Shown here piece after piece: positions 1 to 10,525 of a stretch of DNA of 64,000 nt. The stretch lies in contig JADEYG010000001.1 in NCBI GenBank assembly GCA_016906335.1, forward strand, positions 930,001 to 994,000, given 5' to 3'. A program made the translations under genes and the position numbers. The notes beneath the pieces are model-generated. The model was not told the DNA's origin and searched no databases. It saw nothing but the letters and a program-made list of their open reading frames with translations. The first letter of the stretch is position 1, and each line of letters begins with the position of its first letter. The DNA comes from Novakomyces olei (lineage: Eukaryota).

Positions 1-136
1 CAATTGAGCTCTCTAGTCTCTACTGACTCGTCATTGGCCTTATTCCAATTACACTTTAACCACATTCTAACTAAACTAGGAGCGACACCCCACCCATCAC
101 TCCGGCCAATCCCTCCCCCTTTGACGGGAAGGTACT

Positions 137-3100
137 ATGGTTGCTGCGGCCTCGCATGCTTTCTCCCTAAACCAAAAAACGCCTGGGTCGATCTCGTCCT
201 CCAGCTCTGACAATTCCTCAGACCTCTTTGACCGGGTGAGCGATTCGACGCAGGACTCGCTGCCTGATAGCGAGGCAGACGTGTTTCCAGCGGCGCCCGT
301 CTACGAGTATGAAAACACACCAGACAACCACTCATGGGCGGGTGCACTCCCACGCAAGCAAGGCTTGTACGATCCCGAGTATGAGAAGGATGCGTGTGGT
401 GTAGGCTTCACCTGCCACATTAAAGGCCAAAGTACGCACAAGATTGTGACGGATGCCCGCTCGCTGCTGTGCAATATGACCCACCGTGGAGCCGTTGGTG
501 CAGATACACGTGACGGAGACGGAGCCGGAGTCATGACGGGAATGCCGCACGGCTTTATGCACCGAGAATTCGAGCAGCATCTGGGCGTATCGCTGCCGGC
601 GGATGGGCAGTATGCCATCGGCAACATCTTTTTCTCGCCCGACGAGGACGTGTTTACGGAAAGCAAGGCCACTTTTAACTCTATCGCCGAGTCGCTTGAC
701 CTCAAAGTCTTGGGGTGGCGTACAGTGCCGACAGACAACTCTATCCTGGGCCCGGCAGCTCTTTCGCGAGAGCCAATCATCCTGCAGCCGGCGGTAGTGC
801 TGGCCACTGGCGACTTTGACGAGCTGCGGTTCGAGAGGCAGCTGTACCTGCTGCGCAAGCGGGCAACGCACAAGATTGGACTGCCAAACTGGTTCTATAT
901 CTGCTCGCTGAGCAACAAGAATATCGTCTACAAGGGCCAACTGGCGCCAGTGCAGGTGTACAACTATTTCCACGACCTGAACAATGCACACTACTGCTCA
1001 CACTTTGCACTAGTGCACTCTCGGTTCTCGACAAACACGTTTCCCTCGTGGGACCGAGCGCAGCCGATGCGCTGGGCAGCGCATAACGGCGAGATCAATA
1101 CTCTGCGGGGCAACAAGAACTGGATGAGGGCGAGGGAAGGGCTGCTCAAGTCTCGCGTCTTTGGCTCTGACCTGGATTCGCTGTACCCCATCATTGAGGA
1201 AGGCGGGTCTGATTCAGCGGCGTTTGATAATGTGCTGGAGCTGCTCGTGATCAATGGCGTCATGAGTCTGCCCGAGGCCGTAATGCTGCTCGTTCCCGAA
1301 GCGTGGCAGGACAATGCGCATATGGACCCGCAAAAGGCCGCCTTTTACGAGTGGGCAGCGTGCCTCATGGAGCCGTGGGACGGCCCGGCGCTGTTTACCT
1401 TCTCCGACGGCCGATACTGTGGAGCCAATTTGGATCGCAATGGTCTACGGCCCTGCCGGTACTATGTCTCGTCGGACGATATTATGATTTGTGCGTCCGA
1501 GGTGGGCACGATCCTGATTGAGCCGAGCAAAGTGATCGCTAAAGGCCGTCTGCAGCCGGGCAAGATGCTGCTCGTGGATACAGTGGAAGGCAGGATTGTC
1601 GACGATACGGAGCTCAAGATGCGGATCGCTACCCGCTTTGATTTCCGGTCGTGGCTGGATGCGAAAATGCTGTCACTGCCACGGATCCACAGTAGACTGG
1701 TGGCTCGCAATAGGGACCTTTTCGCTTCAAAATTGGACTCGGTAGCTGTCGCCGACGACCGGCGGCTGCTGGCGTTTGGGTACACGTTTGAGCAGCTCAG
1801 TATCCTGCTCGGCCCGATGGCGGCCGAGGGCAAAGAGTCGCTGGGCAGTATGGGCAACGACGGCCCATTGGCGTGTATTGCGCCTCAGCCGCGGCTGACG
1901 TACGACTATTTCCGGCAGCTGTTTGCACAGGTAACGAACCCGCCCATCGATCCGATCCGGGAGAGTATAGTAATGTCGCTCGACTGCTACGTCGGCCCGC
2001 AGGGCAATCTGCTCGAGATGGATCCCTCACAGTGCGATCGGCTTTTGCTTCCGTCGCCTATTCTGTCGCTCGACGAGCTGACTTCGCTGCAAAACATGCA
2101 GCGGATCCACCAGCAATGGTCCGTGTCGAGTGTAGACATTACCTTTGCCAAGGCAGATGGAGAAGGTGGCTATATTGCCCGACTGGACAGTGTCTGCCAA
2201 AGCGTCCAGGAGGCAATCAGCAACGGCATCCAGATCGTCGTCCTCTCTGACAGAGCCGCCGGACCGGAACGAGTGCCTATTTCTGCACTGATTGCGTGTG
2301 GCGCAGTACACCACCATCTCGTGCGCAGCAAACTGCGCAGCCGAATTGCCTTGGTAGTGGAAACGGCAGAGGCCAGGGAAGTGCACCATTTCTGTGTGCT
2401 CCTGGGCTACGGTGCGGATGCCGTGTGCCCCTACCTTGCGCTCGAGACAGTGCTCAAACTGCAGAGGGAGAATGCCCTCAAAGGCAGTCCCTCTCCAGAG
2501 CAGGCAGTGCGTAATTTCCAAAAGGCCGTGGATGGAGGCATCCTCAAAGTCATGTCCAAGATGGGCATTTCCACACTGCAGTCGTACAAGGGCGCCCAAA
2601 TCTTTGAGGCCCTTGGCATTGACGACAGTGTAGTCGAGCGCTGCTTTGTCGGCACTGCCTCGAGAGTAAGAGGCGCCACTTTTGAGTGGCTCGCGAAGGA
2701 CGCAATTGCCTTTCACGAGCGAGGCTGGCCTTCCAGATCCACTGTAAATGTGTCGGGACTACCCGAGTCGGGCGAGTACCACTGGCGAGACGGTGGCGAT
2801 CGGCACGTAAACGAGCCCGGCAGTATCGCGAGCCTGCAAGACGCAGTCCGGAGCCAAAACGAAAAGGCCTTTGCTGCCTACTCGCAGTCGTCGTACGACT
2901 CTATCCGGCACTGTACGCTTCGTGGCCTCGTCGAGTTTGATTTCGACAACTCTGTGCCAGTGCCGTTGGAGCAGGTAGAGCCCTGGACAGAGATTGTAAG
3001 GCGGTTCTGCACCGGCGCCATGTCGTACGGGTCCATCTCGCTCGAGTCGCACTCGACACTGGCGCTGGCTATGAACAGACTGGGAGGCAAATCCAATACT

Positions 3101-6100
3101 GGCGAAGGCGGAGAGGACGCTGAGCGGTCAGAGCGGCTGCCGAACGGCGACAGTATGCGCTCCGCTATCAAGCAGGTGGCCTCTGGCCGCTTTGGCGTGA
3201 CGAGCAACTACCTCGCCGACTCGGACGAGCTGCAGATCAAGATGGCGCAGGGCGCAAAGCCGGGCGAAGGCGGTGAGCTGCCGGGGCATAAAGTGTCGCA
3301 GAGTATCGCCCGCACTCGGCATTCTACCGCCGGAGTCGGCCTCATTTCTCCTCCGCCTCACCACGATATTTACTCGATCGAGGACCTGAAGCAGCTCATC
3401 TACGACCTGAAATGCGCCTCGCCAAGGTCCCGTGTTTCTGTGAAATTAGTGTCTGAAGTGGGTGTAGGCATTGTCGCTTCTGGCGTGGCAAAGGCAAAAG
3501 CCGACCATATCCTTGTCGCCGGCCACGATGGCGGCACTGGCGCCAGCCGGTGGACGGGGATCAAGTATGCCGGGCTGCCGTGGGAGTTGGGCATTGCCGA
3601 GACGCACCAGACGCTTGTGCTCAACGATCTTCGTGGCCGAGTAACACTGCAGACAGACGGCCAGTTGAGGACGGGAAGGGACGTGGCCATTGCCTGCCTT
3701 TTAGGCGCCGAAGAATGGGGGTTTGCTACTGCGCCACTAGTGGCCATGGGCTGTATCTATATGCGCAAGTGCCACCTTGGCTCCTGCCCCGTCGGGATTG
3801 CCACTCAGGATCCAGAGCTGAGACGCAAATTTGTTGGCCAGCCGGAGCATGTTGTAAACTTTTTTTACTATGTCGCGGAAGAGCTGAGGCAGGTGATGGC
3901 GCGGTTAGGGTTTAGGACGGTGAACGAGATGGTGGGCAGGGCGGACAAGCTGTACGTTGCCGACAGCCACAGGTCTGCGAAAACCCTAAACCTAGACCTG
4001 TCGCCGATCCTGACGCCCGCGTTTACGCTGCGGCCGGGCGCGGCCACGTACAATGTCCGCAAGCAGGACCACCGCCTGTATACGCGGCTCGACAACAAGC
4101 TCGTGGACGAGGCCGAGGCCACGTTTGAGCGCGGTATTCCGACACGGATCGACTGCGAGATTGTCAACACGGACCGCGCCTTTGGCACGACCCTGTCGAA
4201 TCGGATATCCCGAAAGTTCGGAGAAGCCGGACTGCCGGACGGCAGCATCCATGTCCGAGTCGTCGGCAGTGCCGGCCAGTCCTTTGGCGCCTTTTTAGCG
4301 CCCGGCGTGACGCTTGAGCTCGAGGGCGATGCCAACGACTATGTCGGCAAAGGCCTTTCCGGCGGCCGACTCGTCATCTTTCCTCCACGAGCTTCGCCGT
4401 TCAAGTCGGAGGAGAATATCATCGTCGGCAACGTGTGCCTCTACGGCGCCACGAGCGGCCATTGTTTCTTCCGTGGCGTTGCGGCAGAACGGTTCTGTGT
4501 CCGCAACTCTGGAGCGACTGCCGTCGTCGAGGGAGTCGGCGATCACGGCTGCGAGTACATGACGGGCGGCCGTGTCGTTGTCCTCGGCTCTACCGGCCGC
4601 AATTTTGCGGCCGGCATGTCGGGCGGCATTGCCTACATCTTTGACTATATGCAGACGTTTGCCTCGAGAGCTAATACGGAGAGCGTCGAGCTGGGGCCGG
4701 TAACGGACCCGCACGAGATTGCCTTTCTCCGAGGGCTCATAGAGGATCATCGGCAGTATACGGGCTCAGAGATTGCTCAGCGCATCCTTGACGATTTCGG
4801 GCACTATCTCCGCCGCTTTGTGCGGGTAATGCCGGTCGATTATAAGCGGGTGCTGGAGGAGGAGGCAGCCAGAGCGGCCGAGTTGAAAAAGTCGGCCAGC
4901 ACTGTTAATCTGCTGACCAAAAGAGAGTTGAAGCAGAAGGAAGGAGGACAAGGAAAACAGGAAGGAAAAGGAAAACAAGGAGGAAAAGGAGGACAAGAAA
5001 AACAAGGAGGACAAGGAGGACAAGAAGAACCGCTGCTGGACGTGGAGGACGCGGTGGTGGACGGCGAGGCAGAAGAAAGACGGGCACGAGTGCTCGACAA
5101 AGTACGGGGGTTCATGAAGTATACTCGCAAGAGCGAAAAGTACCGCAGTGCACGGACGCGTACACGAGACTGGTCAGAGCTTTCTGCTCGGCTCAGCGAG
5201 GACGAGCTGCAGCTGCAGACTGCTCGGTGTATGGACTGCGGAGTGCCGTTTTGCCAGAGCGACAGCGGCTGCCCGATCTCTAATGTAATCCCCAAATGGA
5301 ACGAATTGGTCTTCCGAGGCGAATGGCAGTCGGCCCTGGACAGACTGCACATGACGAACCCGTTCCCCGAGTTTACGGGCCGAGTCTGCCCGGCGCCGTG
5401 TGAAGGCGCCTGTGTGCTCGGCATCAACGAGCTGCCGGTCGGGATAAAGTCGGTAGAGTGTGCTATTATCGACCGCGGCTTTGCCGAAGGATGGGTCGTG
5501 CCGCGGCCGCCACAGGAGCGGACGGGCCGGAGTATCGGCATCGTCGGCTCCGGGCCGGCCGGTCTGGCCTGTGCGGAAGCGCTGAACCGTGCGGGGCATA
5601 GTGTCACAATCTACGACCGCTCTGACCGGGCCGGCGGGCTGCTCATGTACGGAATCCCGAACATGAAGCTCGACAAGCGGATAGTCCAGCGGCGCATCGA
5701 TCTGCTCTCCGCTGAAGGCATTTCTTTTTCTTTGCGGTGCTCTGTCGGCACAGACGTGAGCCTGCCGCAGCTCGTCAAAGAGCATGACGCAGTAGTCCTG
5801 GCGGCCGGGTCGACGGTGCCGAGGGACCTTGCGATTCCCGGCCGCGGCCTGGCGAATGTCATTTTCGCAATGCAGTTTTTGCACGGCAACACGCAGTCGC
5901 TGCTGGACAGCGAGCACGCTGACGGCGCTTATATTAGCGCTCGAGGCAAACGCGTCATTGTCATCGGCGGCGGCGATACCGGCAACGACTGCCTCGGCAC
6001 GTCGGTGCGCCACGGCGCCGAGAGCGTTGTCAATTTCGAGCTGCTGCCTCAGCCGCCCGCCGCTAGAGCTTCGGATAACCCGTGGCCGCAGTTCCCTCGG

Positions 6101-6616
6101 GTTTTCCGAGTGGACTATGGCCACGCCGAGTGCCAGGCGCACTATAACCGCGACCCGCGCGAGTACTGTATCATGTCCAAGTCGTTTGCCGGCGACAGCG
6201 ACGGCAATGTCTGTGGGATAAACACGTGCCGTGTCGAGTGGACGCGCAACGACAAGGGCCAGTGGAGTATGGCCGAGATTGCGGGGTCAGACGAGTTCTT
6301 TCCCGCTGACCTTGTCATCCTGGCAATGGGGTTCCTCGGGCCGGAAGAGCATGTCGCCGCCGGGCTTGAGATCAAGAAGGACGCACGGTCCAATGTTCAG
6401 ACGCCGAGGGGGTCCTACCGCTCCAGCGTGCCGGGCGTCTACGCTGCAGGCGACTGCCGCCGAGGGCAGTCGCTCGTTGTTTGGGGGATCCAGGAGGGAC
6501 GGCAGTGCGCCCGCCAGGTCGACCAGGATCTCATGCACAATACCATCCTCCCTGGGCCAGGTGGTATTATCCAGCGGTCCTACAACTATTGCGACATTGA
6601 GCCGGCAAAGGCTTGA
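137..6616 (+). CDS. GLT1: NADH-dependent glutamate synthase (GOGAT), single polypeptide with fused large and small subunits, intronless, 2159 aa
   Basis: Propeptide followed by EKDACGVGF (catalytic Cys). Also HSRFSTNTFPSW, IKMAQGAKPGEGGELPG, the 3Fe-4S motif CIYMRKCHLGSCPVG, and the small-subunit RCMDCGVPFC and GSGPAG motifs. Confidence 0.98.
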   Translation: MVAAASHAFSLNQKTPGSISSSSSDNSSDLFDRVSDSTQDSLPDSEADVFPAAPVYEYENTPDNHSWAGALPRKQGLYDPEYEKDACGVGFTCHIKGQSTHKIVTDARSLLCNMTHRGAVGADTRDGDGAGVMTGMPHGFMHREFEQHLGVSLPADGQYAIGNIFFSPDEDVFTESKATFNSIAESLDLKVLGWRTVPTDNSILGPAALSREPIILQPAVVLATGDFDELRFERQLYLLRKRATHKIGLPNWFYICSLSNKNIVYKGQLAPVQVYNYFHDLNNAHYCSHFALVHSRFSTNTFPSWDRAQPMRWAAHNGEINTLRGNKNWMRAREGLLKSRVFGSDLDSLYPIIEEGGSDSAAFDNVLELLVINGVMSLPEAVMLLVPEAWQDNAHMDPQKAAFYEWAACLMEPWDGPALFTFSDGRYCGANLDRNGLRPCRYYVSSDDIMICASEVGTILIEPSKVIAKGRLQPGKMLLVDTVEGRIVDDTELKMRIATRFDFRSWLDAKMLSLPRIHSRLVARNRDLFASKLDSVAVADDRRLLAFGYTFEQLSILLGPMAAEGKESLGSMGNDGPLACIAPQPRLTYDYFRQLFAQVTNPPIDPIRESIVMSLDCYVGPQGNLLEMDPSQCDRLLLPSPILSLDELTSLQNMQRIHQQWSVSSVDITFAKADGEGGYIARLDSVCQSVQEAISNGIQIVVLSDRAAGPERVPISALIACGAVHHHLVRSKLRSRIALVVETAEAREVHHFCVLLGYGADAVCPYLALETVLKLQRENALKGSPSPEQAVRNFQKAVDGGILKVMSKMGISTLQSYKGAQIFEALGIDDSVVERCFVGTASRVRGATFEWLAKDAIAFHERGWPSRSTVNVSGLPESGEYHWRDGGDRHVNEPGSIASLQDAVRSQNEKAFAAYSQSSYDSIRHCTLRGLVEFDFDNSVPVPLEQVEPWTEIVRRFCTGAMSYGSISLESHSTLALAMNRLGGKSNTGEGGEDAERSERLPNGDSMRSAIKQVASGRFGVTSNYLADSDELQIKMAQGAKPGEGGELPGHKVSQSIARTRHSTAGVGLISPPPHHDIYSIEDLKQLIYDLKCASPRSRVSVKLVSEVGVGIVASGVAKAKADHILVAGHDGGTGASRWTGIKYAGLPWELGIAETHQTLVLNDLRGRVTLQTDGQLRTGRDVAIACLLGAEEWGFATAPLVAMGCIYMRKCHLGSCPVGIATQDPELRRKFVGQPEHVVNFFYYVAEELRQVMARLGFRTVNEMVGRADKLYVADSHRSAKTLNLDLSPILTPAFTLRPGAATYNVRKQDHRLYTRLDNKLVDEAEATFERGIPTRIDCEIVNTDRAFGTTLSNRISRKFGEAGLPDGSIHVRVVGSAGQSFGAFLAPGVTLELEGDANDYVGKGLSGGRLVIFPPRASPFKSEENIIVGNVCLYGATSGHCFFRGVAAERFCVRNSGATAVVEGVGDHGCEYMTGGRVVVLGSTGRNFAAGMSGGIAYIFDYMQTFASRANTESVELGPVTDPHEIAFLRGLIEDHRQYTGSEIAQRILDDFGHYLRRFVRVMPVDYKRVLEEEAARAAELKKSASTVNLLTKRELKQKEGGQGKQEGKGKQGGKGGQEKQGGQGGQEEPLLDVEDAVVDGEAEERRARVLDKVRGFMKYTRKSEKYRSARTRTRDWSELSARLSEDELQLQTARCMDCGVPFCQSDSGCPISNVIPKWNELVFRGEWQSALDRLHMTNPFPEFTGRVCPAPCEGACVLGINELPVGIKSVECAIIDRGFAEGWVVPRPPQERTGRSIGIVGSGPAGLACAEALNRAGHSVTIYDRSDRAGGLLMYGIPNMKLDKRIVQRRIDLLSAEGISFSLRCSVGTDVSLPQLVKEHDAVVLAAGSTVPRDLAIPGRGLANVIFAMQFLHGNTQSLLDSEHADGAYISARGKRVIVIGGGDTGNDCLGTSVRHGAESVVNFELLPQPPAARASDNPWPQFPRVFRVDYGHAECQAHYNRDPREYCIMSKSFAGDSDGNVCGINTCRVEWTRNDKGQWSMAEIAGSDEFFPADLVILAMGFLGPEEHVAAGLEIKKDARSNVQTPRGSYRSSVPGVYAAGDCRRGQSLVVWGIQEGRQCARQVDQDLMHNTILPGPGGIIQRSYNYCDIEPAKA

Positions 6617-7095
6617 AATGGAGAAGGAGGAGGAGGAGGAGAAGGAGAAGAAAGAGGAGAAAAGAGAAGGAGAAGAAAAGAGAAGGAGAAGAGAGAAGGA
6701 GAAAGAGAAGAAAAGAGAAGGAGAAAAGAGAAGGAGAAGAGAGAGGAAAAAAGAGAAGGAGAAGAGAGAGGAGAAAAGAGAGGAGAAGAGAAGAAAAGAG
6801 AAGGAGAAATGAGAAGGAGAAGAGAAGGAGAAGAGAGAGGAGAAAAGAGAAGGAGAAGAGAGAGGAGAAGAGAGAGGAGAAGAGAGAGGAGAAATGGGAG
6901 AAGAAGGGATGAAGAAAGAAATAAAGGAAGAAATGCAAGAAGAAATGCAAAAAGAAATGCAAAAAAGAAGAAGGGAAGAGAAATGCAAGAATTCAAAAGG
7001 AAGAAGAAGAAATGAAAGAAGAGATGAGAAATGCAAAAAGAATTGCAAAAAAGAAGGAAGAAGGAAAGAAGGGAAGAAGAAATGAATGAAAAAGG
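6617..7095 (+). repeat. ~480-bp polypurine (GA-rich) low-complexity tract directly after the GLT1 stop
   Basis: Almost only A and G (GAGAAG/GAGGAGAAAA variants), grading into GAAATGCAA(A) units. Confidence 0.95.
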
Positions 7096-7498
7096 TGAAT
7101 TCATGCTCTTGGCATCAAGAGCTTTCTCTTGTTCTGTTTCTGTGTGCGCGCGTATTTAGTTTATTGTATTTTGCTATTTGGAGGCGCGTTGGCGTATCTA
7201 CTGCGGTTTGTTAGACGGTCTTTCTTTTGGTTTTGCCGTTTGTGTCTGTCGTCAGATATTGCTCTTGTGCAAGCTTTCGTTCAAACAAAGCACAGTGGCG
7301 ATCCACAATCGTTGCACTGGTCTAGTTACCTGATTTATTTGTTAAGATTTATTGTCAAGATTTATTTGTTTCAATAGAAATGTGAAAATTATACCCGCCC
7401 CCCGTAGTGACGAGTAGAATCTCGGCCGTAGAGCCTCGGACAGCGTGTAAAGTGTATACCTCCAAACTGCTGCAGGCGGCCCCGTCGCCTGCATACTA

Positions 7499-7617
7499 CA
7501 AGTCGCTGTTGCGATAATTTATTGTTAACCCTACTGAATTAGGGTTAACCCGTCCGCATATTTGACGCAAGTCGCTGTTGCGTCATTTATTGTTAACCCT
7601 ACTGGATTAGGGTTAAC
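7499..7617. repeat. Duplicated ~50-bp cassette; each copy contains the perfect inverted repeat GTTAACCCTA-N6-TAGGGTTAAC
   Basis: Copies at 7499-7549 and 7568-7617; inverted repeats at 7524-7549 and 7592-7617. Confidence 0.9.
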
Positions 7618-7728
7618 GGCTGATAAATATAAGATGCAGATGCTAGTCTACCGGCTGCCTTGTCGCCAGTGATATTTTAGTCTTGATCACTCTAGTCGCT
7701 ACAAGTCGTTACACAAATCTACACAAAC

Positions 7729-7842
7729 GATTACAAAATCCTTACAAAATCATTACAAAATCATTACAAAATCATTACAAAATCATTACAAAATCATTAC
7801 AAAATCACTACAAAATCATTACAAAATACATAATCATTACAC
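7729..7842. repeat. 11-bp tandem repeat (ATTACAAAATC)n, about 8 copies plus degenerate ends
   Basis: Read directly from the sequence. Confidence 0.9.
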
Positions 7843-7960
7843 AAATCAAAGCTATTCTCTTCCATGTCTGGCATGGCTCTTCTACGAGAATGCTCTAGTT
7901 TGCAAATAAAGGTACATTTAACCAAATTAAGCATATAATGCACAATAACTCGGCAACGAA

Positions 7961-10477
7961 TTAAACCTTTTGCGGATCGCTGTCTGTCATCATTGCCTGC
8001 GGTGTCCCGTACAGGACAGTGCTGCCGTACTCCGTCGCTGTTTCGTCCGAGTAGTCCACCACGTCTTCCGCCTTGACGTCCTTCATGTTTGCGGGTCCCG
8101 GCGCTGGCCAAATCATGCAGATTGCTAAATAGACAAAGAAACTCACAACAAATCCAAACACAAAGGACAAGGAGTAAGTGTAGGGATTCACATCAGGCAC
8201 ATTTGTGTTTATTGCATGTATAAACCCTGGGCCGTTCGGGATCCATCCTACGAAAAACGCCACCACTGCCCGCCAATTGACGCCATAAGTGTACCAAAAG
8301 GCTCCTTGCGGCCCATAGCTGTAAAACTCACGGATGTCCAGCACGTTCCGTCGGAAAAACATTAATTCTCCAATCATTGTCCCTGTAATGGGACCCATAT
8401 AGCAGGCATACGCGCTCAAAAAGTTGAAGAAGCGCGCAGACGTGGTGAACTTCCACGGACATATAACAATAGAGAGAATCGCTGTCAGTGCAATGGCCCT
8501 GTTCATGCTGATATAGCGGGGGAACATGGCACAGAAATCCACACTGCAACTGATAACATTGGCTGAAATATTGCCACCGATGGATGTGATTACCCAAGCT
8601 GTTGTTAGTATTGATGTCCACTTGAAGACGGGAAGGTAGAGCTTCGCAAAAGGTAGAGCTTCGGAAAGGTAGAGCTTCGAAAAAGGTAGAGCTTCGCAAA
8701 AGGTAGAGCTTTGCAAAAGGTAGAACTTTAGAAAAGGTAGAGCTTCGAAAAAGGTAGAGCTTCGCAAAAGGTAGAGCTTTGCAAAAGGTAGAGCTTTGCA
8801 AAAGGTAGAGCTTCGAAAAAGGTAGAGCTTCGCAAAAGGTAGAGCTTTGCAAAAGGTAGAGCTTTAGAAAAGGTAGAGCTTCGAAAAAGGTAGAGCTTTG
8901 GAAAAGGTAGAGCTTTAGAAAAGGTAGAGCTTCGAAAAAGGTAGAGCTTTGGAAAAGGTAGAGCTTTGGAAAAGGTAGAGCTTTGGAAAAGGTAGAGGTT
9001 AAAGCCCATCAAAAAATATACAGTGATAAAGCATCAAATATTATAAAGCAAATATTATACCTAGTCCCGTAAAAAACACCCAGCCGCGGTTCTGCCACAG
9101 AGCAAGCACGTCGCCTGGGCTCCATACTTCGGCATTATACACGACACGGCACGCGTTTGCAACAGCATACGCACACATAATAGGAAACGTCCCCGTCACG
9201 GCAAAGCATACACTCTGCCACCATCCGAATTTCCCGTTTTTGCTCATGCGCGAAAAGTCTAAAATCAGAACTTGCTCTGTACAAGCAGAAAATAATAATA
9301 ATTGAAAAAAATAATAATTGAAAAAAATAATAATTGAAAAAAATAATAATTGAAAAAAATAATAATTGAAAAAAAAAAATAAAAAATAAAAAAGGCTACT
9401 AAAGACTCGTACCGCTAACATTGAGGGCAAAAGTCGCCCAGAGACCATGCAGAGCATTCATGGCTGTACAGACCGCGAGCCCATAAGACCCAGCAACTTG
9501 CGGCCGGCCAGTGATAAGCGGTCCAGTGGGTGCGCGGATTATTCCCCATAAAAACATGGCCAAGAACATGCACGTAGCAACAACGCATTTGACCATGAAA
9601 AAGTACTTGAGCTTGTGGATTGGGATAAAGCTAATGGGTGTCTGAATGGCCCAGTACGTCATAACGCCAATCAGTCCAGCGCCAGAAATGCCAGCAGACT
9701 CGGGGAACGAATTGTGAAAGTGACGAAAGTGAGGCCAAATGGCGATAAGCATTTGCTGCACGACCACGCCGGCCTGGAATGTATTGATTGACGTCCAAAA
9801 GAGGGCAAGAATGAACCGGCAAAACACGGGAAACATCTGAATAAGACACAATTAGACGAAAAGATACAAATAGACACAATTAGACGAAAGGATAAACAGA
9901 CGCAATTAGACGAAAGGATAAACAGACTCAATTAGACGAAAGGATAAACAGACGCAATTAGACGAAAGGACACAAACAGACACAAACAGACACGTTAAAC
10001 ACGATAAAACACGTACCGATCCCCAATAGCCCCACGCGGCACGAGTCTGGATGGGAAAAGAAATATGGTACTTTGCGCCGGGCCGTCCATTCAGTACGAG
10101 AATAAACCCGGTAATAAGGAACGAGCAAAACGTGATCGGAAGCGCTGGCAGCCGTTAGAAGAGTCGTGTTAGTGTACGGTACTGATCCTACCTTCGCGCA
10201 TAGTAAATCCGAGGGTAGCGATAGTGGAGCCCGTCGTGTAGAGCGGCACGATGAGCTGGTCGCTCGTCCAGTAGACTATATAAACAATCAGCGAGGCCAA
10301 TGCGCGAGCACGCATACACACGAAATCCTTCCAGCCCCACGTCCGGCGCGCTGGCTCGATGGGATCGAGGTCGCGATTGCTCCATCGAGGATTTTCCGAG
10401 AAACGGCCGTTCTCCACCTGAACAGTCCAAAAGCTCCGTGCAAACGGGTTCGGCACTTGCGGGCGCTTGAGCTTCAT
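7961..10477 (-). CDS. NCS1-family (Fur4/Dal4-like uracil/allantoin/nucleobase) permease, 6 exons: 10477-10318, 10275-10192, 10144-10017, 9836-9413, 9258-9061, 8598-7961; ~543 aa
   Basis: The spliced frame is continuous. Motifs WSNRDLDP..RRTW, GAKYHISFPI, NVSDFSR, NISAN, PRYI, ICPWK, GVNWRA. All five introns are GT-AG with branch-like sites. Confidence 0.9.
8632..8998. repeat. 17-bp minisatellite AAAAGGTAGAGCTT(C/T)G(C/A/G), about 22 copies, inside intron 5 of the NCS1 gene
   Basis: GGTAG recurs about every 17 bp from 8635 to 8991, with no unique spacers. Confidence 0.95.
9291..9392. repeat. AT-rich ~17-bp repeat (AATAATAATTGAAAAAA) in NCS1 intron 4
   Basis: About 5 copies, read directly. 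Confidence 0.85.
9849..9993. repeat. ~26-bp tandem repeat (CAATTAGACGAAAGGATAAACAGACG), 5 copies, in NCS1 intron 3
   Basis: Copies start at about 9849, 9877, 9903, 9929 and 9955. Confidence 0.9.
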
Positions 10478-10525
10478 TTTGTGGGCAATTTGCGGGGCAA
10501 TTGGCCACGGCGGGTGGCCGCGGCA

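Noticed and set aside
301..6393. Many antisense and alternative-frame ORFs inside GLT1 (and likewise in HSP70 and CAND1)
   Set aside because: Expected shadows of GC-rich coding sequence.
6231..7104. ORFs rich in K/E/R or F/S/L after GLT1
   Set aside because: Artefacts of the stop-free polypurine tract.
8632..8998. Regular 17-bp repeats resembling a CRISPR array
   Set aside because: Units are contiguous with no unique spacers, lie in a spliceosomal intron, and no cas genes are present.
8328..9012. Repetitive ORFs (SSTFCEALPFSKLYL...)
   Set aside because: Translations of the intronic minisatellite; the true exon starts at 8598 after TACTAAC-AA-CAG.
9259..9277. Upstream TACAG as the acceptor of NCS1 intron 4
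   Set aside because: It would add 6 residues inside the conserved N-x-x-D-F-x-R motif; CTGAT-TT-TAG at 9259 fits better.
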